Below the pieces are notes generated by a model. It made no database searches and was not told where the DNA came from. It was given only the letters and a program-made list of their open reading frames with translations. The position numbers were made by a program, and so were the translations under genes. A DNA stretch of 64,000 nucleotides from Basidiobolus meristosporus CBS 931.73 (Eukaryota > Fungi > Basidiobolomycota), in assembly GCA_002104905.1 (NCBI GenBank), contig MCFE01000489.1:1-64000 (forward strand), written 5' to 3'. Positions 37,286 through 50,779 of this stretch are shown here, piece after piece (within the stretch, counting starts at the first letter, position 1; each line of letters begins with the position of its first letter).

Positions 37286-37429
37286 GACAGAAAAGTGGTT
37301 TTTTTCTTGTAGAACTTATTTGGAATCTTGTGAGCTTTGCAGTCTCTTTACTCATGTAGTACCAATCAAAGTCAGAATACTCCACAGTGTAAGTGGTGGA
37401 GGGGAAGTTCTATAGCCTTTAAGCTTGTA

Positions 37430-37780
37430 AGTGTAGTGTGGAGATTCTGACAAGAGAGGCTCTCCTTCATTTTTCAGCTGGGGAAGTCATATATTTGCAA
37501 TTTCTGAAGGATCAAAGTTTTTTGGCAATTGCACAAGCAATATATGTGATACAAAGCTAACACTTTGCAGTTGCACAGACTGGACATAGGCACAGCACCT
37601 GTGATAGTTTTATGTGAATTGATTGGCTGGTTCAAAAGTCATATGTGATGACAGTCACCAAGGTAATCCTTGCAATAGAGGCCTAATATATATAATAATT
37701 GGACTCTTTTGGCCATAATTCCTTATGTACTGCTTCAAATGAGCTGTAACTTGAAACATGCGCTAGCTACAGCTTGTTCT
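37430..37780 (-). mobile_element. Possible MULE/SWIM-type transposase C-terminal relic
   Basis: Decayed 'CLCPVCATAKC..' SWIM-like Cys pattern followed by basic 'EK*RRA'; frames are broken. Confidence 0.3.
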
Positions 37781-38129
37781 GTATGACATAATATTCTTGG
37801 GTGGATTGCTTGTCAGGGTCTGGAGTATTTGTCCTTCAAGGTTGGAATTTCTTAATCTCTCACTTGTTTGTTACAATAGCAAAAGCAAACAAAGAAATGA
37901 GCACAATACTGATTCTGAGATATTGTAGTAATGGAATACTTTCCATTACCACAGAGTTTAGCAGAAATCTCCAGAAGCAGCTGGTATTTCTGAAACAACT
38001 TGCTTTAGCTTGGTCTTTAGCAAGCAGAGGTGTCATGTAATCTTGCCACTAATATCTTCTTGTAAGGGGTTTTCCATTTGCTTTGGGCTTTAAGCTGTAA
38101 GTGTATGACAGGTGAAAAATATAACTAGA

Positions 38130-38900
38130 GATTAGTAGTTGGAGAGCTTTGTTGCTAGTTCCATAGTTTGCTCCTTTAGACCATAACCAAAGCAGTCTAC
38201 TACATAGTGGAGTTGGATCCAATGTACTTTGAGTTCAGAATTTGTTGGACCTCAAACTCATTGTGTTTGACTCTTTGGATTGCTGGTATAATAGCTAGGA
38301 GTCAATCAGGCAGGGTGCTTTTGTGGAATGGTTCAAAGAGCAATTTATGACATGTATTGTGGATCTTCATACTTAGTGGTCATTATAGTTGATATACAAC
38401 TGAGCAAAGCCGCTTTTGATCTTGAATAGACCTAGTTTCCTGATGGATCACCATTCACAGATACCTTACTGAATCTCCATCATTATGCTCAGGAATTGGC
38501 TACTGTTTGTTGTTATCAAACCACTTCAATTCTCAGAGTCCAAGAATGGCTCTTTCTTAAGTATCATCTGTATTGTTGGAGCTGCTGTGGCATGTTCAGC
38601 TGCCAGGGGGCTCATTGGGCATATTAGGGTCTGTGCATCAAGCTGTGTTTTGAAACTATACCCTATGAATATTGATTTGGTCCTGCAGGTGAGCCCAGTC
38701 TAGATCAAATGTCAGGATACCAAATGATGCCATCACATAGCCAGCAGCTTAGAATTATTGACACTCCAAAAAATGCTATGATAATATTGTGACAGCATTT
38801 TGCTAGTTTTACTGCCAAATAACAAGATTAACTTGATGGTATTTAAACTGTGGTTTGATGAGACTTTCTTGGCAGCTTAGTGTTCTTAATGCAGTTGACA
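38130..38900 (-). mobile_element. Chromoviral Ty3/gypsy integrase C-terminus and chromodomain relic
   Basis: 'KLGLFKI' (GPF/Y-like) and 'EFEVQQILNSKY..LHYVVDCFGYGLKEQTME' chromodomain pattern, with a frameshift. Confidence 0.65.
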
Positions 38901-38928
38901 TTGGCTCAGTTAGACCTATCTGCCCAAT

Positions 38929-39366
38929 AGACTTCTTCCCATGCATATTGCTGCATTGAGCCATAAGTGCCAAATAGTTCTATAGAGTGCTGGAGAAGCT
39001 AACTGCATATACACTAGGCCACAGAGTGTGAAATATAGATCTTCATCTTCATGCAAAGCAGTCCCTGTGCTTCACTTAATCAGCTGACAAAGATTCATTT
39101 TTTGACTTTTTTTTGGGATCAATCTTGCCTATGATATATTAGAGCACAGGAGAATTGAAGGGATGCTTCTAGTACTCACTACCCACAGTACTCTGAACCT
39201 AGCTCCAGAGGTTTATAACATGTCATAAGAATAAATGACAGCATCTTGGCCCACTGGTACTATCTGTCACTAAATTTAACTACTACCTTAAAGTTAAACT
39301 AATACAAAGCACTTATAGTGCCAGATAGTACCAGTGAACCAAGATGTTGCCCTGCATTATTGTGAC
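38929..39366. mobile_element. AGAC-foldback element, diverged partial copy
   Basis: AAT|AGACTT left end, full left arm, spacer and the start of the right arm. Confidence 0.75.
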
Positions 39367-39369
39367 AGG

Positions 39370-40350
39370 TTACTAACAGTCTTGATGCACTCTACACTTA
39401 TTTTAGCAGACCTAACTGGCCAGTACATCCAATTGCTGTACATGGTAAGAAACGTAATGGTGTTCTGACAACCTAATTGCAAACCTCTGTAGGCATTATC
39501 ATGGCTGTACAGTGGCCTACAGCTAGTTCTGTGTGATGCTACAGTATAAATATACCAAATACTACTTTCTTTTTCTACCTTCCCTTGCACCATTTCTAAT
39601 ACCACCGTGAATTCACCCTTCTTTCTTTACTTACCCACAACTACCTTGAGTCTCCAAGTTGAGTTCAAATAAAGAAAACTATGGCATCCTGCATACTAAC
39701 CTCTACATATATGCGCACCTGCAGCAATTGACACACCTCTACCACCTTAACTTCAAAGCTCTTTAGTGTGATACTAGCAAAGTTGCTATATACCTTAAAT
39801 TGCTGGTAACATATACACTTTGCAACTGATGCTTATTTGCTGCCACTTTTGCCATGAATGCCTCCTGAATATCTGCAAATAGCTACTTGGTACTAAGCCA
39901 GTATATTCCTTCTCCCTGCAGGATTCTAGTCCATCTTATAGATGTGTTTTTTCTCCTATTTGTGTCAACTCAGTATTGAATGGTGTGGAAACTGGCTTGT
40001 GACCAAGAGAAGCCCAACATATTTTGGTTAAGTTGTCCTAAAAAGAATTAGATGCTGGTTGCACCCAACCCTACTTTGCATTACTTGACTGATTACCCAG
40101 GTATTGGGGTGGCTTAGCTTCTTGATGCAATAGGCACATGTGTCTCCATGTGTGCATCTATCCTCAGTATCTTCCAACTCTTTCTGGCTGTCCTCCATGT
40201 GCCAACCCAGCATATCTATGACAGATTTTAAGATACTATTCTAGATGAGATTGGGATATGGTTGCACCTGCATCTTGACCTGACTTCCTAGCTCCCAACA
40301 CAGCTGCTCAATGGGGAACTCCTCAAAGATGAGGCAAGGCCCAATATTCC
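39370..40350 (+). mobile_element. Decayed LINE-like family 2, 3' part (other copies ~41880-42680 +, ~51880-52480 -, ~58380-58900 +)
   Basis: Four mutually similar segments. Restored frame reads 'YL..P..VQIKKTMASCILT...AKLLY' and later 'RMRLG..C.C', like a LINE RT thumb and C-terminal region. Confidence 0.45.
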
Positions 40351-40424
40351 TCACACACAAAGCAAGATAGAATCAAGAATGGACACAGTAGTTGCTGCAA
40401 TCTACATGTTCAGCTTTATGCCTG

Positions 40425-40792
40425 TGTTATGATCTGCCACTTGAATATATAAGTTAAATCAGTTTTTAGTCAAATCAACTAGTTATTTGTTTAGGTTATC
40501 AGTATATCAGTATTATATATCAAATTAGTAACATTAGTCAGCAAATGAATCAGCAGATCCTTATCAGACAGAAATAGATATATTAGGTAGGATCTTATTG
40601 GGTGATGATGATGCAATGAAATGAGTCATCAGCCACAACCTACATTAGGAAATATAATTAGTCAGCAATTGATCTGGCAAAATGTATATAAGGAGCTGCT
40701 GGAATCTCAATAAAGATCAGTTCAAGTTTTAGTGAATAAATACTAGCCAAACTCCCTATTCCTCTACAACTCTTATACCAAGACTTGTAACA
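40425..40792 (+). mobile_element. Solo LTR, gypsy family G
   Basis: TGTTATG...TGTAACA with 4-bp TSD CCTG. Confidence 0.92.
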
Positions 40793-40965
40793 CCTGTGGC
40801 ATAGCCACAAAAATCATGTTACAAGCTCCTTGCAAAAAAGCTGTCAATGTATCAAGTTAGTATTGGTAATCTTCTTATGGATAAATATTCTTACAATGTC
40901 AACATATGGCTCCTAATGCTTTCAGTGTACTCTTGGTAGAAAAAGTGCCTCCAAGGTCAGTTAGC

Positions 40966-41571
40966 TGTCAGCATGGTTTCCTGGGAGTGTTCTGTGGCCT
41001 GGGATTGAAAGTTCAGGTAGCAGCAGATAGCAATGATCACATTAATCAAAAAGTAGTTGTATGGATAAAAGAGATGATGATTTCTTGTTGAGGGATTGCC
41101 TCCCTTATATACTCTTCTCACTGGCAAAGTAATTACTAATCATGTTGCTCCAGAAGGTTGTGGTGGTCAAATATAAATTTTAATGGCATCAAAATGAGCC
41201 AAGAATGCTCTAGGTAGGTGCTACAAGGTTCTAAAAAGCACAGCACACCCAGCCAGTCAGAAATCAGTACTCTAAGGCCTGTGTTACATGGAATACCATA
41301 TATGTTATAAAAATGGTAGGGATGGGGACACAGATTGGTCATGCATCATGTGTACTGGCACATGTGTTTTCCTAATATAGAAACATTTACATCAAGTAAT
41401 CTTACATGAAGTTAAGGATAACATATGCTCTATGGTAAGCAGATGTTATAGTCAGCTAGCTTATGGGATAGTATTCAATAAGTAAGACAAATGGATTAAA
41501 CTAAAATAAGCATAGTAGAGAAGTAGGGAAGCAGAAAATATGGGAATGAGCACATCTGTTTGTGGGTGTCA
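40966..41571. mobile_element. LTR family F copy
   Basis: TGTCA...TGTCA ends; homologous to 31167-31760; no clear TSD. Confidence 0.7.
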
Positions 41572-41574
41572 CTA

Positions 41575-41790
41575 TGACCCCACTACACTGTAACAGAGGC
41601 AGCAGATTAATGTTGATGAGAATCAGTGGCCAGCAGGATTTGCTGGTAGAGTACTGGTTTGATGAGAATCTATCAGTTGTTAAGGCAAAGGCATGGTCAT
41701 ACATATCTTCAAAGTAGTGCTTGCTTCTTAGTTGTTTGTAATGTCTGCCATAAAGTATATTGGGAATGCCTACATTTGATTGATACATAG
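41575..41790 (-). mobile_element. EnSpm/CACTA (Transposase_21-like) transposase relic 1
   Basis: 'ILYGRHYKQL..KHYFEDMYDHAFALTTDRF...KSCWPLILININL' fits the DG/WP/NLP motifs. Confidence 0.65.
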
Positions 41791-43549
41791 TGCAGTTGTT
41801 TATAGCATATATAACAGAGATTTCACAGTGCTTTGATGGCTTTATTGCACACCTTGGTTGTCATTGAAGCACCAATATGGCAGCCTACAGCTAGGCCTGT
41901 ATAATGCTATCATGCCAATTTGCAACAATGTACTTGCTTTTCTTCCTTCCCTTGCACCTTTCATATACTCCACTTCAGACCAAACCTTTTTTATTTGCCT
42001 AATGACTACTATTTTGGGTGCTCCATGCTAAGTTTGATTCACAAAAACTATGGCCTCCTGCTTGCTAACCTCTACATATGCATATGCATGCAGCAGTTGA
42101 CACACTTCTATCACTTTAACTTCACAGCTTTTCAATGTCATACCTACAAAATTGCTATTTATTTTGCATTGCATGAATCATATACATCTTGGAAACATAT
42201 TCTCAGCTGTAGTCACTGTTACCAAGAGTATCTTTGAACATCCGCAAAATACTTCTTAGTACTTGGCCAATATATTCTTTCTCATTGCTGGACTGTGGCT
42301 CTGCTTGTGGGTGTGCTCAGATTCTTGTTGTTTGGACTTCATATTGAAAGGTGTCAAACTTAACTGGTAACCAGGAGAACTCCCAAATACTTGAGTAAAG
42401 TTGTGCCAATGAAAATTTGTTGCTTATTGTGTCAAACTAAACCTTGCATTACCTAACTGATTACCAATGTATTGGGGCTGCTTAGCTTCTTGATGCCAAT
42501 GGCATAGGTATCTTCATGTGCACATCTGAGATCTGTATTTTCCAACTCTTCTTGGCTGTCCTTCATGTCCCAACTCATTGCATCCATGACAGACTTAAAA
42601 GTAATATTCATGATAAGATTGGAAATGGTAGTACCTGCAACTAGACTTGTACACATATAGCAATACCCACAAGTGGATTCATCTTCCTTTCTCCCCACAC
42701 ATACACTCTGTCAAAAACTCCCAGCAGGTGAAATGTGCCTAATACTCTGAGATTACTCAGTAAGATGGAGTATAGTGCATATACAGTAGAAGTAGATATC
42801 TACACATATAACTCTATACTCATAGTACAGCCTCTCAAATCCAATGAAAAATTCATCACAAATAGGCTGCAGTTCACCAAATTGGCATTGGTGGTCCAAA
42901 TCTGGATAAGTAATCCTTAAATGTCAATATAAGACTCTCAATGCTTCCAATGTACTCATGTTGGAAATTGTCTTCAAATGCTACTTGAATGAATATAAGT
43001 CCAGTTCATCCAGTCCTTGTATTTGAGTTGATACATATGCATATGAGGATTGAATGGAGCTATTGAGAAGTCCTTTGGATAGCAGGTTCTCTCCAGTAAC
43101 TTGCTGATCTGTTCAAGCTTATCTGCTATCTCAACGGCCTTATTTAGCTTGAAATGCCCCATGTACAACTCTGTATTTAGTATAGGGATACTATTTAAGC
43201 GCAAATGTGTTGCTACCAGTGCATAGCTTTTACCACAACACATCCCATCTTGCTTAGCCATCTCTGTTTTTTGATTTGATCCATATTCTGGCTAGTAGCT
43301 TATAGCTCACTAGGATAAATTCTATAGCATGATATCTTCTGTATGCTCTCTCTGTGGGAACATGATGCTCTAAGTGCTGAGATTTGGACAGTAATAATCT
43401 GTGTGAGTTAACAGTGAATCTGCTGGATCTTGCATATTGTCAGCAATACTGATTATTTTGCTCAGGAAAGTCAGCTATCTTGCTAATAGCTGGATATCTC
43501 TAATGCAGATAATTATATACACATTAATATGATTGCCACTACTAGTAGA

Positions 43550-44200
43550 ACTCTGGATAACATAAAAATTCATCCAGCAATGAATAAGGGTAGCAACTCA
43601 AGATGAATGGTTACTAAGATCCAAATATCTATGAGACTACCACTTGGTTCCTGATCTGATACTGTAAGATTGGGAGCAGACTAAGGCTCATAAGAACTAG
43701 TAGCCCACAGAATATACTGATAGATTACTTGCTGAATGAGAATCCCTCATATACCAAAGCAAAGGCATAGTCTTACATAAGCTCAAAGTAGCTAGTGCTT
43801 CTTAGCTCTTTGTAAAGTTTACTCTTAAATGTATAGGACATGCCTGTGCTCACATGACAATGAATGTGGTACTCCAAAGCCTGACAATACTTATTGGACT
43901 GCATGAGACTCCTTAGTGAGGGTATTACCAAAATATATCTGGAGTGTAACAATGTTTTCCTCTAGTGGTGGTGAGTTCCAAATAAGCTGCACACCTTGCA
44001 AGTGTTATATTTTTGATGTAAATGTAATGCAATTGTTAACATATGCTGGTATCCGGCAGTCTCTGGATCATTTATTGCTAGCTGTGTGATGGTTGCCAAT
44101 TGTACCATGTTCATGGTAAGTTTCATCCTGGAATGATTTTGGTAAGGAGCAGTAGTAAATTAGAAGTGAATTTGGTATAGATGCATGCATAGGTAACACT
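43550..44200 (-). mobile_element. EnSpm/CACTA transposase relic 2
   Basis: Cys cluster 'VNNCITFT..TCKVC' followed by 'LYKELRSTSYFE..DYAFALVYEGF...YPYSLLDEF'. Confidence 0.65.
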
Positions 44201-44675
44201 ATTCCCACTTTGGCTTGACTCACTTCCAAATATATGCTTACAAACAATGAAGCAAAGCTGCTGGATTCCCAACCAAGTCTGATAGCTGACAGCAGCTCAA
44301 AAATAGTTGGACTATGGCATGCTTTGTCAGTCACGGCAACAAGTGAGGCTACATTTAAAAAGGCCACGCTGATGGTGAGCCCAATGGAGATAATAATGCA
44401 GACTCCTCAAGCTCTCAGTCCAGTAGGTAGTAGTGAACCTTGGTAAAGCTGCAAGCTGACCATAATTCACACGCAGAAGAGGAAGCAACAATTATAGTAT
44501 CTGTGGTGCAAACCAGCAAATAATGATTATCATATTACCACCACCAGAACTTGCTGGAATGCTGTTAAATCATATCAGAACATTCATGTGGAAAATTGAT
44601 TCAGTGGTTACTGGAATAAAAACAACAGTACAGAGAACTCAGGAGTAGTGAAGAGACATGATAAGCAGATAAAAT

Positions 44676-44856
44676 AGACTTGTTGCATCATACTAGCTGA
44701 TCATAGTGCCCAATAGTGCCATATCATGCCAAATGATGCTATACAGTGCCAATTTAGGATCAAAATTGACATGCATATGACCCTAAAATACCAAATTAAT
44801 AGCAAAATATACAGCACTTTCTGGCACTATGATCAAAGGCACAATGGAACAAGTCT
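44676..44856. mobile_element. 181-bp MITE with AGACTTGTT termini
   Basis: AAT|AGACTTGTTG...GGAACAAGTCT|AAT; internal AGTGCC repeats. Confidence 0.8.
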
Positions 44857-44892
44857 AATGTGTAAAGTAATCAAATATCCCAGGTAGAGAAT

Positions 44893-45625
44893 AGACTTGT
44901 TCCGTTGGATAGTGCCACATTGAGCTATGAGTGCAAAATGATGCCATGGTGTGCCAGGGAGGCCAAGTGAGCTTATACTTGGCCACAGAGTGTGAAACAA
45001 AGCTCTGCATCTTCATGCAAAGCAGCCCCTGTGTTTCACCCATTGAGCTGGAAAAAATCCATTTTTTTACCTTTTTTTTTGAATCAATGTCATGCAGGAT
45101 GTGTAAGAGCACAAAAATATATAAGACATGCATTGGGTACTCAATACCCATGGCACTCTGAATCTAGCTCCTGTAGCTTGTATCATGTCATAAAAATGAA
45201 TGGCACTATCTTGGTCCACTGGCGCTATCTGGCACTATGAGTGTTTTATATAGGTTTTACTTTAGGGCTAATATTTAAATATAGTGCCAGATAGTATCAG
45301 TGGACCAAGATAGTGCCATTCATATTTGTGACATGATACAAGTCACAGAAGCTAGATTCAGAGTGCCATGGGTTTTGAGTATCAGATGCATGTCTTCAGT
45401 CCTTCTGTGCTCTCACACATCCTGACAATATTGATTCAAAAAAAAAGGTCAAAAAATGGATTTTCTCCAGCTCAATGGGTGAAACACAGGGGCTGCTTTG
45501 CATGTAGATGCAGAGCTGTGTTTCACACTCTGTGGCCAAGTATAGGCTCACTTGGCCTCCCTGGCACAGTATGGCATCATTTGGCACTCATGGCTCAATG
45601 TGGCACTATCCAATGGAACAAGTCT
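44893..45625. mobile_element. AGAC-foldback DNA transposon (733 bp; ~345-bp inverted arms, 42-bp spacer)
   Basis: Arms 44893-45238 and 45281-45625; TSD AAT. Confidence 0.92.
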
Positions 45626-48573
45626 AATATAATATCTTTGCATCAAAGACGCAATTGAAGTGGCTCAATATCACACTCCAAAATTGAGCAATTTTTCATT
45701 GTGACAGCAGAGCAGTACCACAAATTCTTTAAAGTACAGCATCAGTGCCCATAGAGGAAGCCTACAGATAAACTAATCATTTTATGGCTGGGAGTGGCAG
45801 TTATCAATATATCACAGAGCATATATCATACAACTTCTCATCATTGCACTCAAGGGCTTCACAGATCTGCAAAGTGGCTAGTATTCAAGAAACTCTAAGA
45901 AGTCTAGCATACCATCACCTTATGTCCATAGTACCATGGAACCATCAGGAGCTCAAGGCTAAGCAGAATGTTCTTGACTTATTTGATGATCATAATTTTT
46001 GATTCAAAATTGCAATTTTATTATGGGCCAGAATTGGGAGGCTAAGATTGTATCTCAAGAATAGCTGAAACTGCTGAAGGCAGAAAAACAAGGGTTTCAT
46101 GGTCAAAAGCTAGAGGCTTCCTTAAAAGCCTGTTGCAAGCAGGGCCAAAAGCTCTATACTGGTGGCAAAGAGACATCAGGTAGCCAGAACAGCACCTTTA
46201 AGGGACAACAAGGCAGAGATATACACACCTGTGCTTTATTTATCAAGGAGAAAATGCAGTACTATAAAAGAAGTTATCAGTCAAAGTTGTAGTGAAACAC
46301 CCGGTTGTGATCAAGTCAAAGCTAGCTGGAAGAATATTTACCCATGCCATAGACAGGGAAGTGTGAGAAAAAATCTGCAGCTTTCATTAATCAATGTATT
46401 TAGCCCAGAATAGGCTTAATCAAACAATAGTAAGGAAGAAATGCCAACAGGACCACTGCTATTTTCTCAAGTGCTGGAAGCACAGCCAGCTGAGCTACAC
46501 CCCAGTGAGGTAGATGGGTTTGCAGAGAAAGATAACTTGTCATCAACAGCCTCTATATCTCTTATTGTTAACAAAATGGAGATCTCACTAATAGACAAAG
46601 TAGTAATATATCAAAATTAGAGGGCTATCAATTACCTACAGTATAACTTTGGAGCACAAACAGTCACACCAATAGGTTACTAAAGAACATGCACTTGAAT
46701 ATTACAATAATAATTTGCAAAGACTTCAAGATAAGGTACTAGACCAGGATGTATTGGTACTGGTTGGTGAGTAGTGGCATAAAGCTGTAGGGTTCCTGCT
46801 AAAGTCAGGAAAAAAGGGCTTTATGGCTGACGCACTGGTTGAAAAGTGGATTTTACTGGAGTTATTAGTTGAAGGTAAGACTGAGCTTAACCTTAGCACA
46901 ATGAAAAGTAATTGTGAATATCCCATCTAAAGGCTATGATAAGATTTATATCTTGTGACTAAGTGTTACTAATGCTGTCAGGACACCATGTAAGGACCAT
47001 TAAAAAGCTGCTCCCTATATTTCATCAAAAACTCATCCAAATTATGTATCACAACCATACAGAAGTGGCATTGACTAGTATTCTACTAATTCTTGCACTT
47101 TCTAATTCCAGATACTCAATCAATTCCTAAACTTCTGTACATTGACTTGATAGTGCAGCTTTCTCACTCTCCTTACTTCCAGACTTGTGCAATGCTCTTA
47201 CTTTTCATGCATAATAATAGGTTTATTTCTGTTCAATCTTTGGTTGCAACTCAACTTCCATTATTACTTACCTGTACAATTCTGTTTACACTACACCAAC
47301 ATTTAGCACAACCTCAATTTAACAAGTAACTCCATTCAAGTTCACCATTCAACAATATTTCTGCCAAAACATCTGGTACCCAAGAGTTCAGCAGGAGCCC
47401 AACAGCTTTATGCCATTAATTCTTTCAATGGGTCCCATATTTCCTGGTCTTCAGCTTCCACTGCAAGGCCCAGTACCTCATCTGCTAATCTTTGCAATAA
47501 GCTCTCAATATATTCAAGTGCATTTCTCCAGCACTACTATTGTACAAGTACTACAGCCTTTAACTGTTCTTGTTGTTGCCTCAAATTTCACTCTAGGTAT
47601 TCTAACAGTCTTTTGAGCTCTTGACATTGTTGCTCTATCTTTCAGCAAGATCTCCACTTTGCCTACAATAGACAATGTGGAGGCTGTGTCACACAAGTCA
47701 CCTTACTCAGCAAACTCAGCAACCTCATTGTTGTTCAGCTCTTGTTGTGATGCTTCCAACTGTTGAGAAAAACTGTTTTCTTATTGGCAATTTTCAATGC
47801 TACTGTTGGCTGCAGCCTGTTCTGGGCTGATGGAGTTTATCAGTAAGAGCTACAGCTTTCTTTCTGGCCTCTCTGTCTATGGCCTGGGTTGCCACCTCTG
47901 CCAGAACCTGATTTTTCTTTGCTGAGTTGTTAGAGCTTTTGGCCCTGCTTGTGATGGGCTCCTCAAAAAGCCACAGGGTTTCATTGCTGTCAAAACTAAT
48001 GCTGTTACTTTACCTAAATGCTTCATGTATTGAGCTATACTTTCTCCTTAATAAATGCTGTACTGGTGTGTTTGTTTCTGCCAGCATACTCCTAACTAGC
48101 ACTCTTGTAGCAACCTGGCATTTCTTTGCCACTTGTATTAGGCTTTGACCCTTGTTGTGATGGACTCCTGAAGATGCTGTTGTTTCTTATCACTGCTAGG
48201 CCCTTCACTGATACATTAACTGGATGCCTCTTAGATGAAAATTTATTTGTTGCTTAATTAATATTGTGCTGGACATCCATGTCTGCCTGCATGTCCCATA
48301 TTGGAAATATTTGGCTACCTGTTTTTTTTTGCAGCTTGTTTATAGCATTTGCCCTGCTTATGACAGGCCCTTGAGGGAGTTGCTGGCCTCAGCCATGGAA
48401 AACTTGTCCTTCAGCCCTTGATAGTTTCTGCTACTCTTGAAATGTTTTCTTAGCATACCAAAGGTCTGAGCTTTGCTATAGAAGTGAAATGCACTACCGG
48501 TAGTATATTTCAAGTTTAAATTTAAGGATATTAAGGAGAATTGTACCTTCTATTGATATATCAAGCTCCCAAT

Positions 48574-49643
48574 TGTTATGATCTGCCGCTTGAATGTTTA
48601 AGTTAGATCAGTTTTTAGTCAAATCAATAAGTTATATGTCTATCTTATCAGTATATCAGTATTATCTATCAAATCAGTAGCATTAGTCAGCAAATGAATC
48701 AGCAAATTCTTATCAGATAGAAATAAATATATTAAGTAGGATCTTATTGGGTGATGATGATGCAATCAAATGAGTCATCCGCCACAGCCTATATTAGGAA
48801 ATACAATTAGTCAGCAATTGATCTGGCAAAATGTATATAAGGAGCTGCTGTGTTGTGCATCAACATTTAAAACTTAGCCAATTTTACTCCGTTTGAAAAT
48901 CTAGTACCCTAACTGATTTTCCCTAACCCAAACATAACAAATCCCAGTTACAGTTTATTTTTTCCACCTCAGAATCTATTTTTAGCTATCACACCTGATC
49001 TATTTTCAAATAGTCATTACATTATCAACCTATCTGCCAAGCCTTCCCAGGTGATTAGTCATCTGAGATCTATCCAACCACTGTGCAGTTGCCAAGACAT
49101 CAGTTGATTGATGATGTAATTTTCACTTATCTTATGCACCTATGAGCACCCAAATTGATTTCATTCAATCCAGTCCCTTGGCGCTTACTAATTCAACTTG
49201 ATCAAAAAAGTATAAATAAAGTTTACTGAACCTTTTGGTTTAGTGTGTGTCTCAACAAAATTAAGATTCTGTCTCAGCAAAAATAAGAATCCAACAATTC
49301 CGTTCTAGTTTCTATCCAAGCCTAGTATATCTAGCACTCCAAAGAACACAAAGCCTAGCCTGCCTAGCAAACAAATATCATTGTCTTTATAGCCAACCCA
49401 GCTATATCCAAGACCAATATTAGATCAGAATCTTTCTGCTAATATTTCCGCCACTCTCTGACAATTCTAAGATTCTGCACTTAATTGTCCCTTTGGTTCA
49501 GTTAAACCATTCAAGAGTTTTATTACACTTTCTCTTGGATACAACATGCTGGAACCTCAATAAAGATCAGTCCAAGTTTTAGTGACTATTATACCAGCTA
49601 AACTCCCTATTCCTCTACAACTCTTATACTAAGACTTGTAACA
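48574..49643 (+). mobile_element. Solo LTR gypsy family G, split by an LTR-C insertion
   Basis: 4-bp TSD CAAT; halves are 48574-48850 and 49547-49643. Confidence 0.92.
48851..49546 (+). mobile_element. Solo LTR family C (696 bp)
   Basis: TGTTG...CAACA with 5-bp TSD TGCTG inside LTR G. Confidence 0.9.
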
Positions 49644-49690
49644 CAATAGACTGTCTCAGTAGTAGCATGCAAAATGCTGTCTTATACATT

Positions 49691-50101
49691 TGGCTTGTTC
49701 TGTTGGATAGTGCCAATTTGTGCCAGAGAGGCATAGCAGACCTAAACCTGGCCACAGAGTGTCAAACATAGCTCTTCATCTTCATTCAAAGCAGCCCCTG
49801 TTTTTCTCCCATTATGCTGGAGAAAATCCATTTTTTGACCTTTTTTGATCAATGTTATGCAGTATGTGTAAGAGCACAGAAGGACTGAAGGGATGCCTTT
49901 GGTACTCAATGCTAATGGGACTCTGAATCTAGCTCATGTTACTTGTATCATATTGCAAAAATGCATGGCACTATCTTGGTCCATGAGTACTATTAGGCAC
50001 TATATTAAGATATTAGCCCCAAAGTAAAAACAATAAAAAGCACTGATAGGCATCATTTGCCACTCATGGCACAATGTGGCACTATCCAACTGAACAAGTC
50101 T
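49691..50101. mobile_element. AGAC-foldback element with internally deleted right arm
   Basis: ATT|TGGCTTGTTC...GAACAAGTCT|ATT. Confidence 0.85.
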
Positions 50102-50149
50102 ATTTGATTAGACTCTATGTTACAGACAAAGCCCCAAACTAGTCATAAT

Positions 50150-50700
50150 ATAGCACAATTCATCATGTAGCTGATTATATATAACCCAAAAACTGTGCTA
50201 ATACTAACATATGTCCATGGTGGCATTGCATCCACATCAATAAATGCCACCATTGCAAGGTGTATAGCTTGACACAAATCCACCACCATAGGAATGAAAC
50301 ATTGTATGCATTCTGGATATATCCTGGCAATATCCATCCCAAAAAGCCAATCTAGTCCAACAAAAATTGAGAAGCTACAGGGTGCTGCACTTAATATCAA
50401 TTAAGCCCACACATTTCCAATATCTCTGATGGCTAACATTGCAAGCTGCTAAGAAGTAATGGCTGCATTAAAGGTGTATATGACCATGCCTTTGCCTTGG
50501 TACTAGATGGGTTCATGATCAACAAGTACTCTGCCAGCAAATCCTGCTGGCCCCAGATTCTCAACAACTTGAATCTGCCACTAATGTTATGGTATTACAG
50601 CAGATATATGATGGTAGTCCCAGTGATATCTTTGCATCCATCACTGTATAACCAGGAAAGCTACCTGTATCCATTGCTGGATGAATATGTATTCTTTCCA
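50150..50700 (+). mobile_element. EnSpm/CACTA transposase relic 3
   Basis: 'DHAFALVLDGF..NKYSASKSCWPQILNNLNLP...ESYLYPLLDE'. Confidence 0.7.
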
Positions 50701-50779
50701 GCAGGATACAAGTATATAGTCATCATATCAAAGCATATATTATTATCTGTATTGGAGTAACCCTAGCAATCAACAGAAT

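Noticed and set aside
45630-48560. Long CpG-poor segment with coiled-coil-like broken minus-strand frames
   Set aside because: Probably an old TE ORF, but no diagnostic motif could be recovered.
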